From: Macrostomum hystrix
Taxonomy: Eukaryota; Animalia; Platyhelminthes
Assembly: GCA_950097015.1 (NCBI GenBank)
Contig: CATNEN010000002.1
Span: 7,750,001 to 7,814,000 of the forward strand
Reading direction: 5' to 3'
Length of the DNA stretch: 64,000 nucleotides
Shown here: positions 1-11,869 of the stretch, piece after piece
Layout: each line of letters begins with the position of its first letter
Numbering within the stretch: position 1 is the first letter of the stretch
Notes under the pieces: model-generated
The model's database searches: none
Seen by the model: only the letters and a program-made list of their open reading frames with translations
What the model was told of the DNA's origin: nothing
Translations under genes and position numbers: made by a program

Positions 1-446
1 CTTATGCAAAGGACAACGAAGTTTCTAGGTTGAGATAGGACAAGTTCCTTTAAAATAGCCTAATATGTCCTTAAACAACTCCCTGAGACTGAGTCTCAAG
101 TTAAGAATTTAATAGTTTAGTCAGTCAGATTTTTACAAATGAAATTATTAACACGCACGCTTTATCTGAATACTTTTTATTAGCTTGAAAGGAACAAAAT
201 TATGGTAAAATCTAGTTTTAACATATACACATTTTTACTTTTGTTAGAATCTATCTCAGTATTATCAGAATTAAATAGATTTGTTAAGATGTGTATCTAA
301 TAAGGTAGAATTTTTAACTTAAGAGAGTTCGTTGTTTTTAGTCACTTCAAGAGCTTGCCTGACATGAACCATGATATATAAGCCCTACTCTCATTTATAT
401 GTTACGTTTCTATCGCGATATTCACAATCTCTAGTATTTTTTTACT

Positions 447-492
447 TATATATATATATATATATATATAACTTCATATATATATATATATA
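447..492. repeat. (TA)n microsatellite
   Basis: Two TA runs separated by acttc. Confidence 0.9.
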
Positions 493-945
493 ATTCTACA
501 GACTTTGATAGTTAGGACCTATCAATAGCATTCAATACATTAATAGCACTCAATAGCATTTTTATAATTATTTTACAGCCTTTTTATTTCTTTTATATAT
601 CTAATTTGTTCATAGATAGCTTTGTTTAAAATAATTTAATTCGATAAGCCAAAAAGGCTATCTATGCAATGATTTGTTTTGTTCAGTCTAATTTTTTTAC
701 CCATGAATAAATAATCCAATCTTCACATTCAAGCACTAGGTGACTGTCATTTCACTGCTTGCTATCCAAACTCTTATGGATCAATCAGGTGTTAGGATTC
801 CTTCTTTCTTCGACGTCACAAACTATCTCAGCGCCTGGATACTAAGTAGAAAGACGAAAGTCGCACCCTCAACCTTTAATTGTTGCAGCTCAACCATCCC
901 TATCCAACATAGCTAAATAGTCCCAGCAGCAGAAGCACTCCCGCT

Positions 946-3900
946 ATGAAGTACGTTCGCTCAAATTTGGACGAAGAAAGCGAGGCCGGGGCGAGCACGA
1001 GCAGCATTGGCGGCAGTGGCATTGGCGGCATTGGCCCAGCCAACGAAGCCTTCCAGAATGTGCCGACAGTGTCGGTGCCCAGATCCAGGTCGAGCCGTTT
1101 CAACAGAATTCGCGGCTACCTGCGGCAGAGGAACTACCTGGAGAAGTTCCTGTTCATGGCTGTGTGCATCCTGGCTCTGGTTGTGTTAGCCCTGTCTACA
1201 TTTCTCTACAATGTCCACTGCAGCCCAGCCTGGCATCACCTGCCCTACCAAGTGCAGTATCGCAAGGTGGTTTTGCCTGGAACAGTCGAACCGGGCCAAA
1301 ATCTTAGCAGTGAGTACTTCCCCTCTGCCTGCGGTGAGTAGCATGGTCAATTGCTCATTATTCTAACTGCTCATGCTCCAGACGTGTGCATGCACCCGGT
1401 GTGCATCAGCCTGAGCGCCCGGATTCTGTCCTACATGAATGAGCAGGCCAAGCCGTGCGAGGATTTCTATGAGTTCGCTTGCGGCTCGTTTCGGAAACGG
1501 GTGGCCATCCCGCCCGGCATGCAGCAGGTCACTTCCTTCAGCCTGCAGTCTGAGACCAACGAAATCCTGCTGCGCAGCATTCTAGGTGAGCTGAGGAGCG
1601 GAGGTTCTGAGCTCGACTCCGCGGCGAGGCCACATTTATATGGGGCGCAGCCGTGGAGATAAGGCTTGGTGGCTTGTCATGCAATCTATGCCCTTGAGGG
1701 CCAAGCTCCAAGGCACTGTGAAAGTGTACCCTGCCTGACAATGAGAAAGTCAGGGCAGATGTACACACCTGTGTGAGCGTGTGCTCAGGAGTCAGCGAAA
1801 TGGGCAGAATTGTCTCCTCGCTGGCTGCAGGTGTAGTGTCACCAAATAATGTGCCAGCCCTCCTGCAACTATGATAATTTTTTTTATATTCAGTGTTCTG
1901 AAGTGTTCAGTGTTCTGAAGTGTTCAGTGTTCTGAAGTATTCAGTGTTCTGAAGTATTCAGTGTTCTGAAGTGTTCAGTGTTCTGAAGTATTCAGTGTTC
2001 TGAAGTATTCAGTGTTCTGAAGTGTTCAGTGTTCTGAAGTGTTCAGTGTTCTGAAGTGTTCAGTGTTCTGAAGTATTCAGTGTTCTGAAGTGTTCAGTGT
2101 TCTGAAGTGTTCAGTGTTCTGAAGTGTTCAGTGTTCTGAAGTATTCGGTGTTCTGAAGTATTCAGTGTTCTGAAGTGTTCAGTGTTCTGAAGTGTTCAGT
2201 GTTCTGAAGTATTAAGTATTCTGTACTACTAAATATAATAATCGTAATAGGTGATAAAGAAATAATCCAATACTGAATCGTGGAGCCCTGGTTCTACAAA
2301 TTGTCCCCAAGAAAATGTGCTCATCTGTCTGTCTTTTTAGGCGCGGGGGGCATTTTATTGACCCAGAACTCGCACATCAGCTGGTCCCGTCTCTGAGGAT
2401 GGGATGTGGCAACCAGTCACCGCTCCCCAGGGACAAGATAGAAGGGGATTAATATGTGTCTCAGCACTCTAAGCTGCCGCCCAACTAGAATTTGAGATTA
2501 GCTCGTCTTCCGACAGTCTTTCTCTCTCAAAGCTAAAAGTACAAATTATGGTTAATTTGGGAATTTTCTTTTGATCTGAGCCAGAAAATTTTCTGCGCAT
2601 GATTTTATGGATATTTTTTATCAAATTAGCTAAAGCTACGAGTAACTGCAATTGCTAGTACGAGTACTTGAGGCGGATTAAAGCTTCGAAATTCTAAATG
2701 TTCAAAGATTGAATAAACACATAAGCCTTCGGAACCCAATTGGGCCGCATCCAAACCGGCTAGCAACCAGCGAACGTAGGGAAATGCAGAACATTTCGCT
2801 GAAATCCTGGGTGCAAATTATAAATTAATAATGATTAGTTACACCTGCCCGAATTGGGCCAGATGTGCAGCCGACAGCACAGCCGCAGCTATTGCGCGGC
2901 GCATCTGAAGGCTGCGTACGGCTGTTCAGTCCATGGACTGGGTGGGATGCCACACCCACCCTCAATTACCCCAGCTGATGCTGGTACCCATTTAACGGCT
3001 GGGTGAACTAAAGCAATGCAGAGTTAAGTGTCTTGCTAAAGGACTCAAATTGTTCCAGTGGAGTCGGGAATGTCGGGTTGTAGCACAAGGCTACAACCTG
3101 AGCACACACTCACCTGAGAGGTCAGTGGCAGAGCGGTTAACGGGTTTGCCACTCGCACCAAGGTCCCTGAGCTCGATTCCGCGGCGAGGCTTGGGGGCTT
3201 GTTGTGCAATTTAAGCCGTTGAGGGCCAACCTCTAACCCTCCAGTGAGAGTGTACACTGTCTGACGATGAGAAAGTGTGTGAGTGTGCTCAGGAGTCAGC
3301 GTAGCGGGCAGATCCGCCTCTCCTCGCTGGCTGCGGGTCTACTGTCGCAATCAATCAACGAGTACAAGTACAATCACTAAATTCCTAGAATCGCCCTTGG
3401 CCTCATCGTCCGGGTTCGTCAGCGAGCTGCACGACAACGCCGCCCGCCTGTACGCCTCCTGCATGAACGACTCAGCCAGGGAGCGGGACGGCCTGGGTCC
3501 GGTCCTTCAGCACCTCGCCGATCTGGCACCCTGGTCGGCCCATCGCGTCTCGGCGAAGGCGTTCAACGCCAGCGAGTGGAACCTGATGGACAGTGTCAAC
3601 CGGGTCACGCTGTTTCTGCTGAGCTACTCGGACTCGGTGCCGTTCTACGCCGTTGACGTCCAGCCGGACAATTTCAACTCTACGCGATACGTGCTGAACG
3701 TTGGCCAGGCCAAGACCATGCTGCCAGTCAGGGAGAACTACATCGGCAACGGCTCGTCCACCAACTTGGCAGCCCTGGCCGACGCGCTGCAGAGCATCAG
3801 CCGGCTGTTCAACTTCAGCCTGGATCAGGCGGCTGTCGCCAAGCTCATCGAGCTGGAGAAGCAGCTGGCACAGGTTAGCGACATAGCAACCATAGCTCAG

Positions 3901-6900
3901 CCCAGGCAACCGTAGCTAAAATATCATTGAAACCGTACATTAAAAACCATAGCAACCACAGCTGTTAACCCATAGCTGACAACCAATAGAAACCACAGCT
4001 GACAACCAATAGCAACTACAGCTGACAACCAATAGCAACCACAGCTGACAACCAATAGCAACCACAGCTGACAACCAATAGCAACCACAGCTGACAACCA
4101 ATAGCAACCACAGCTGTTAACCCATAGCTGACAACCAATAGCAACTACAGCTGACAACCAATAGCAACCACAGCTGTTAACCCATAGCAACCACAGCTGA
4201 CAACCCATAGCAACCACAGCTGACAACCCATAGCAACCACAGCTCAAACACAATTGCAACCACAGCTCAAACACCATTGCAACCACAGCTCAAACACCAT
4301 AGCAACCACAGCTCAAACACCATTGCAACCACAGCTCAAACACCATTGCAACCACAGCTCAAACACCATTGCAACCACAGCTCAAACACCTTAGCAACCA
4401 CAGCTGACAACCCATAGCAACCACAGCTGACAACCCATAGCAACCACAGCTGACAATCCATAGCAACCACAGCTGACAACCCATAGCAACCACAGCTCAA
4501 ACACCATAGCAACCACCGCTGGCACACCATAGCAACCACAGCTCAAACACCTTAGCAACCACAGCTCAAACACCTTAGCAACCACAGCTCAAACACCATA
4601 GCAACCACAGCTCAAACACCATTGCAACCACAGCTCAAACACAATTGCAACCACAGCTCAAACACCATTGCAACCACAGCTCAAACACCATTGCAACCAC
4701 AGCTCAAACACCATTGCAACCACAGCTCAAACACCATTGCAACCACAGCTCAAACACCATTGCAACCATAGCTCAAACACCTTAGCAACCACAGCTCAAA
4801 CACCATAGCAATCATAACTAAAAAATCACAGAAAATGTACATAAAACACTATAACAAACATGTATGTACCTAAATGCCTCCGTCTAGCAACCATAATTGT
4901 AACGGCTTAGCAACCATACCTTAAGCAGCCTAGTAACTGGAGCTACGCATCTAAGATTTTCTGTCTTTTGCTCGAGCACACTCGGGTATGATGTTTGAAG
5001 TGTATCACAAATGAGCCCTCACAGAGCACCAGACAGGCGGAACCATGTCGCTGATTCAGGCCTCCCAAAACTTTTTCTTTCTTAGGAACTTTTTTCGATT
5101 CGAAATTCGCAAATTAAAATCCCACCCTTTTTCTGTTTCTGTGTTTTCAATATTTCTACACTGCTGAATTTTTAGGTTCTGGTGCAATTGAACGGCTGCC
5201 GCCGCCAGTGCTTTGTAAACTATTGATATAAGGCTCTCTTCATCGTCAACAAGCTAGCAAATTGAGCTCATACGGCCGTGTTTACTCTTTCAGGCGGGTT
5301 AAACGTGATCAAGGTCATCATCATGCTCCAACATGGACAAGGACATAATCATCCTCCTACATGGTCAAGGTCATCATCATCCTCCTTCATGATCAAGGTC
5401 ATCATCATCCTCCTACATGGTCAAGGACATCATCATGCTTCTACATGATCAAAATCGTCATCATCCTCTTACATGGTCAAGGTCATCATCTTCCTTCTAC
5501 ATGGTCAAGGTCATCATCATCCTCCTACATTGTCAAGGTCATCTTCATCCTCCTACATTGTCAAGGTCATCTTCATCGTCCTACATAATCAAGGTCATCT
5601 TCATCCTCCTACATGGTCAAGGTCATCATCTTCCTACATGGTCAAGGTCATCATCATCCTCCTACATTGTCAAGGTCATCATCATCCTCCTACATGATCA
5701 AGGTCATCATCATCCTCCTACATGGTCAAGGACATCATCATGCTTCTACATGATCAAAATCATCATCATCCTCTTACATGGTCAAGGTCATCATCTTCCT
5801 TCTACATGGTCAAGGTCATCATCATCCTCCTACATTGTCAAGGTCATCTTCATCCTCCTACATTGTCAAGGTCATCTTCATCGTCCTACATAATCAAGGT
5901 CATCTTCATCCTCCTACATGGTCAAGGTCATCATCTTCCTACATGGTCAAGGTCATCATCATCCTCCTACATTGTCAAGGTCATCTTCATCCTCCTACAT
6001 TGTCAAGGTCATCATCATCCTCCTACATTGTCAAGGTCATCTTCATCGTCCTACATAATCAAGGTCATCATGCACCCGCATGATGTATATTCTGACCTAT
6101 TTGATTCCTATTTTATTTGAAACTCTGCTATTCAGAAGTGAAATTGGTCAGCAGCAGTGCTTGCCCCTGACAAAGATATAGAATTGTCTTAAGCAGTTTT
6201 GCAATTCAAATTAATAAACTTTTGTACCGATGATATTGCTGCTGCAGGGATTTGAAATCTGAGCTTCTGAAATAACCCCCTGAATGCTTCCCGCCAGATC
6301 TTGCTGCCCGAATCGGACCGGAGAGACTCGACAAAGACCCTGAATAGCAATGTGAAATATCTGATCGACAATGTCGCCTGCGTGAGTTCTCATATGACAG
6401 TATGATGATATATTTTTTCTTATCTTCTGGACTCCCGTTCGCTTTACTAATTAACTTTCCTCCACTCCGTAATCTGATCTGGCACTCCAGTCCCATTATC
6501 TGGCACTCCAGACCCATTATCTGGCACTCCAGACCTATTATCTGGCACTCCAGTCCCATTATCTGGCACTCCAGTCCCATTATCTGGCACTCCAGTCCCA
6601 TTATCTGGCACTCCAGACCTATTATCTGGCACTCCAGTCCCATTATCTGGCACTCCAGACCTATTATCTGGCACTCCAGTCCCATTATCTGGCACTTCAG
6701 TCCCATTATCTGGCACTCCAGTCCTATTATCTGGCACTCCAGTCCCATATGATTCTACATGTTTTGATTTCAGGTGAGCTGGCAGGACGTGCTCAATAAG
6801 TTCATCAGGAATTTGAGCTACCCGATCAGCCCCGGCACTCCCGTGAACATCCGGGATGAAAAGTTTTTGAAGCAGCTCTGCTCGCTGCTTGAAAAGTACA

Positions 6901-9024
6901 GTTCAGATCCGGTCAAGAAAGAGTGAGCGAACTGTTCTTACACATTTTAAACCAAAAATACATTTCAAATAAAGCTTAAATTGCTGCTAGGCAGATTTTC
7001 AATGATAAAACAATATTTAAAAGTACATCTCAGGTTAAAAGTAAAGTTTTTTTACTTTTGTTAAAAGTGTATTAAATCAGTTTTTACGCTGCAAATTGCA
7101 ATTGAGTCGTCGACTTTTCTGGATTATATTTTTTGTGATAAAAGTACATGCCTGTTATATCTGTGAGCATCCTGCCGCTCCGCCAGGACTATGAACAACT
7201 ACCTCCTGATACGCTCCGTTTGGCCCTTCCTCGGCATCCTGAACAAAGAGGCGGCTAAGATCCCCCGAGTGCTCAACCAGGTGACGGAAGGTGTTCACGG
7301 CTCACTGAATCCCTGGACATTGTGCGTTCGCTCAGTCAGCGGCATTTTCGGCTTCGCCCTGGGCAAGCTGTACGTTGATCGACACTTCGACGACCGCTCC
7401 AGGCTGGAGGTGAACACCATGATCAACGACGTGAAGTCGGCTTTCAATCTGAGCCTGAGCGAGTCGGCCTGGATGGACGAAAACACTCGCAGGCTGGCCA
7501 TGGACAAGCTGGCCAGCATCAGCAACCTGGTGGGATATCCCGACTACTTCGCCAACGAGACTGCCATGCGGCTGGAGTGGGGCGACTTCCGCTTCAACGC
7601 CAGCGACTACTTCGGCAACCTGGAGCAGATTCAGCGGGTCAACTATGTCAAGAGCGTCGGCAAGTTGACCGAACCCGTCAAGCTGGAGTTCGGCATGACG
7701 CCGCAGTCCATCAACGCTTATTATTCGCCATCGTCCAATGTCATCGCATTCCCAGCTGGCATTCTGCAGCGGCCTTTCTACCAGGCCGAGTTCCCGCCCT
7801 ACATCAGCTACGGCGCCATCGGGGCGGTCATCGGGCACGAGGTCACCCACGGCTTCGACGACGACGGGCGCAACTTCGACAAGGACGGCAACCAGCGCCA
7901 GTGGTGGAGCAACGCCACCGCAGAGAAGTTCACGACTGCCGCCAACTGCATTGTCAAGCAGTACGAGAACTTCGTGGTTGACGGCGACGTTCGTGTGCCA
8001 GGACGTCTGGTGCTCGGCGAGAGCATCGCCGACAATGGCGGACTGAAGACTGCCTACCGGGTAAGTGGCGTTGCTAGGTTGTTTGTTGTTTAATGGGGTC
8101 GGTGGCAGAGCGGTTAACGCGATTGTCTCTCGCACCAAGGTCCCTAAGTTCGATTCCACGGCGAGGCCACATTTATTTGGGCGCAGCCGCGGAGAGAAGG
8201 CAATTTACGCCCTTAAGGGCCAACCTCCAAGGCACAGTGAGAGTGTACACTGCCTGACGATGAGAAAGTCAGGGCAGATGTACACACCTGTGTGAGTGTG
8301 CCTACGTATTGTATCTGTGTGCGTGTGTGCTCAGGAGTCAGCGAAACGGGCAGAATTGCCTCCTCGCTGGCTGCGGGTCTAGTGTCAGCAAATGGTGTGC
8401 CATTGCCCGCAGCCCTCCTGAAATTATTATTCATATTGCTAGGGTGTTTTCTACGAACAATTTGTTTTCTCGGATATTTTTTTCGAGGTTTATATGGTTT
8501 CTATGGTGTTTATCTATTTGGTTGCTAGGGTGTTGTACGTTTAATCGCAAAGTTGTTGTCAGTTATAATGCTAAGGGTTCTATTTTTGTTTGCCATTGGA
8601 CTTGCGATTGGCATGAGCAGGATTACTCAAGTGGCTCACGCTCTCCTCTCACCTGCCTCACTCAGGCTTACAAGGCCAAGGCCGGTCAGCTGAGGGAGCC
8701 GAAGCTGCCCTACCTGAGCGAGAAGTACAACAACGAGCAGCTGCTGTTCGTTGCCTACTCACAGGTAATTATCACAGCCGTCACTGCCTGATCCCTATTA
8801 TTATTGAATTCCCCGAACGCACAATTCCCGTCTGATTCGCCCTCCAGACTTGGTGCGAGTTGGAGACGAGCCAGTCGCTGCGCCAGACGGTCAAGATGGA
8901 CCCGCACCCGCCGGGCAAGATGCGTGTCTGGGGACCAATTACCAACAGCCGCGACTTTGGCAGAGTGTTCAAATGCCAACCAGGCGAGCCCATGAACCCG
9001 GTTGACAAGTGCACCGTGTGGTGA
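946..9024 (+). CDS. Neprilysin/endothelin-converting-enzyme family (M13) zinc metallopeptidase, type II membrane protein, ~819 aa
   Basis: Exons 946-1333, 1382-1585, 3389-3873, 6298-6381, 6774-6922, 7187-8060, 8666-8764, 8848-9024; all GT-AG, phases join to 2460 nt. N-terminal TM (FLFMAVCILALVVLALSTFLY), PCEDFYEFACG, NAYY, zinc motif HEVTH (GHEVTHGFDD), GESIADNGG, C-terminal CTVW*. Confidence 0.93.
1604..1880 (+). mobile_element. tRNA-derived SINE copy A (5'-truncated), neprilysin intron 2
   Basis: Shares B-box region and body (gagggccaa..ctgac(g/a)atgagaaagtcagggcagatgtacacacc..ctcaggagtcagcgaa..ctcctcgctggctgc) with copies at 3119, 8095, 13472, 26590, 44185, 59780. Confidence 0.8.
1889..2222. 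repeat. 17-bp minisatellite (ttcagtgttctgaagtg)n
   Basis: About 19 copies; neprilysin intron 2. Confidence 0.9.
2930..3050 (-). mobile_element. CORE-like SINE fragment
   Basis: Minus strand reads gtcctttagcaagacacttaactctgcattgctttagttcacccagccgttaaatgggtacc, resembling the CORE domain consensus (ccttgggcaagtcacttaacc...ctgtaaaatggg) as I recall it. Confidence 0.5.
3119..3347 (+). mobile_element. tRNA-derived SINE copy B
   Basis: A-box-like gtggcagagcggttaacg, B-box-like gagctcgattcc, shared body. Confidence 0.8.
3880..4815. repeat. ~23-bp minisatellite (acagctgacaaccaatagcaacc / acagctcaaacaccattgcaacc)
   Basis: Starts a few bases after the exon 3 donor; two variant blocks. Confidence 0.9.
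5305..6070. repeat. ~28-bp minisatellite (ggtcaaggtcatcatcatcctcctacat) with 305-bp higher-order duplication
   Basis: Matching ORFs offset by 305 nt (5417/5722, 5473/5778). Confidence 0.9.
6474..6748. repeat. 21-bp minisatellite (atctggcactccagtcccatt)
   Basis: About 13 copies filling neprilysin intron 4. Confidence 0.9.
8095..8432 (+). mobile_element. tRNA-derived SINE copy C (near full length)
   Basis: A box tggcagagcgg, B box gttcgattcc, conserved body, 3' stem-loop, (att)n tail; neprilysin intron 6. Confidence 0.85.
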
Positions 9025-9254
9025 ATTGTCTGATTTGGTGTGAATTTTTGACGCGATTGGCATGATTGTATATGTTGTCTTTTGGCATCTATTATAAGTC
9101 CATGTTGACTTCACATTTTCCGTTTAAAATTTTTAACAAACACAAAGCAATGTCCGCGACTTTTCCTAAAATTCGAGAAAACTCATTTTAGTCTGTGCGC
9201 AATTAATCTACGCCTGATTATTCGTATAACGTAATTTATCCACTCCACTCGCAA

Positions 9255-9725
9255 ACTCTCTTCTAGCCCTCCAACCCCAGCCAGTTTACAATCGATCCAC
9301 ACCAACTCCTCTTCTAGCCCTCCAACCCCAGCTAGAGTACACTCGATCCACACCAACTCCTCTTCTAGCCCTCCAACCCCAGCTAGAGTACACTCGATCC
9401 ACACCAACTCCTCTTCTAGCCCTCCAACCCCAGCCAGAGTACACTCGATCCACACCAACCCCTCTTTTAGCCCTCCAACCCCAGCCAGTGTACACTCGAT
9501 CCACACCAACTCCTATTCTAGCCCTCCAACCCCAGCTAGAGTACACTCGATCCACACCAACTCCTCTTCTAGCCCTCCAACCCCAGCCAGTGTACACTCG
9601 ATGCACACCAACCCATTTTCTAGCCCTCTAACCCCAGCCAGTGTACACTCGATGCACACCAACCCATTTTCTAGCCCTCTAACCCCAGCCAGTGTACACT
9701 CGATGCTCACCAACCTCTTTCCTAG
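9255..9725. repeat. 51-bp minisatellite
   Basis: gtacactcgatccacaccaactcctcttctagccctccaaccccagctaga, about 9 copies just 3' of neprilysin. Confidence 0.9.
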
Positions 9726-11869
9726 AGTACATTTTTTCGCAGCCCAACCCAGATTGTGTACAGTCAATCTTAATGTCATCTTCTCAGTGTAAATTATCGC
9801 AAAACCTTAACTATCTAAATTGCACTTAATAATTTTTACGTGAAGCAAAAATTTCAGTGTTAAGCCCTGTTTTATCAAGTATTCTGTCTATTATTATATA
9901 TTTGGTCACTGATTAGCTATACAGGTAATCTTTTTATCGCATTGCTTACTTTAAAAAAATCGAAAAAAATATTGAAAAAAAATTAATGCACAAATCATCT
10001 TATTTGAAAACTGCGTTAGTATTTCAATTACGGGAAATTTTAAGCAAGTTCTTCATCTTTCATTCGCAATTTGACTTCACAATCTGTTTCTTATGAAGCT
10101 TTATATTATATTCGAGTCAACATTTTTATAGTGAAGTAGATGGTATAGACTTTCTGTTTTGTCTTTGTCCTGCATTTTTATGTTTTAAAATATTTTCAGT
10201 TTTCAAAGGCTTTGTTAGCGTGCAGCTTCCCCAATTCTTTGTTTTACCGCTCCACCAAACAACATCCTGCTTGGATGTTTCACTTTTGGATTCTATATCT
10301 ATCTAACAGTTTATTTTTATTGCTTTTGTTACTGATAAGTTAATCACCTTCCGCTTTGCAACGAAATCAGAAAATAATTATGACTAAGAGCGCTCTACAT
10401 ACTACTGCCATGTCTTAGTAGCGAGATAAGCATCGTTGTGTTAAAATTGGTATTCTACCGAAAGTACACCAGAATGAAGTTTATCATTGGCTGCAGTTCT
10501 AGAACTCTAGTCTGCTTTCTAGAATATTTTTCTGCTTCAGTCAGCTTTTATTTTTGTGCATTATTATATCGTTGTGAGAACACAATTCCTAATTATAACC
10601 GTGATTCTTACTAGCTGTTTGCAAAAAACACGGGCCTGCAAGACTTGATATTGCTTGGGCCAAAAAACGCATGAATTCTTAAAGCATTTTTACTAATTGA
10701 TTGTTCGAGGTAAAATCATCGGCATTCTCAAATAAGTTACAACTAAGGACGCCATGGTAGTTTATTGTGCATTCAGAAGCCTCCCCTGCAAGCAGTTATG
10801 TTTCTTCAGCAAGAGCGTGTCTTATATTTAGCAGCAAAGCACAACTCAGCGGTTATGTACTTTGTTATGTTAAATCTAATCCATTGTGTTATGTACAGTG
10901 AAGATTTTCTCGAGAAAGTCCGTTTATCAGGCATTACAGGATAAAGTACAATGATCGTACAGTAGGAATAGTGATAAAAAATTCACTGAAAAATCGATAT
11001 AGAACTTTGATTATGTTTATACACTGTCCCTTTAACTCTTAGTTTGCATCGCTAAAGTATTTAATACAGAAAAACAGCCAAGGTAAATAAAATTCTTGCT
11101 TTTAATTTCATAGGCATCTGGGAGCCAATCACAGAAGAGTGCAGTGGGGTGGTTGCGTATGTACATGTTATGAATTGAGGTGGGTGCAAGCTACGAGCCC
11201 GTAGATGGGGTAGAAAATCAGTGGGGGGTTTGCCTTGAACCCGGCAATCATCTGTACACTGACACTTGGACTAAAATCAGTCTGGAAGATAATATCTCTA
11301 AGACGTCTATATATTCTTGGGATTTGTAGAGATGGAACACATGAGATGGAGACAATAGATGCTGTGCTATCGATAAGCGAGTTATTAATCATTGTGCGCC
11401 AACAAGGAATGATTAAAATGCGTTTGTGTCAAAAGCAACTACCAAAGCAAATTTAAAATAAGCATTTCACAAACGAGTGTGACTATAGACTGCAAATAGG
11501 CAATAGTTAAGCTTATAAAATGCATTTTAAACAATGGACTAATATAGCAAAGCAAACGTTACACAATCTTGCAAGCCACGGCTTGATTTCTATTAGAAGT
11601 TTTCTACAAAGTAAGCGAACAGCAAACTGCTTTAAACGCAAAGTTAACTATAGCATTTAGTTGAAATACTTAGATTGTCACCGCTTAGAGTTAAAACTAT
11701 TTTTAAACGTTTTTAGCCAATGTTGGCAAGCTTGGCAGCTGTTAAATCCACTCTTTATTTAGATTTTTTATTCACAGTTCTATAGTTTAAAGGTGATTTT
11801 CACTACTTGCTACTGCTCCCTGCGAGAAGTAGTGCACTATGCGCATTCTCCACAAAAACCGCTCTCAGC

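Noticed and set aside
6206-6752. Repeat ORFs (GLECQIM, WHSSPII, PDNGTGV)
   Set aside because: The 21-bp intronic repeat is open in several frames on both strands.
7332-8159. 275-aa antisense ORF over neprilysin exon 6 (and similar antisense ORFs over ARMC8, GH3 and prominin)
   Set aside because: Shadow ORFs expected from GC3-rich codon usage; no recognisable motifs.
8095-8170. tRNA gene
   Set aside because: A and B boxes are present but the anticodon and acceptor stems do not pair consistently across copies, and the sequence continues into a repeated body; it is a SINE head.
8250-8350. Hammerhead ribozyme (CTGACGA ... CGAAA) in the SINE
   Set aside because: No stem II starting with G after CUGANGA and no stem III/NUH cleavage triplet could be built; CTGAC instead pairs with the nearby GTCAG.
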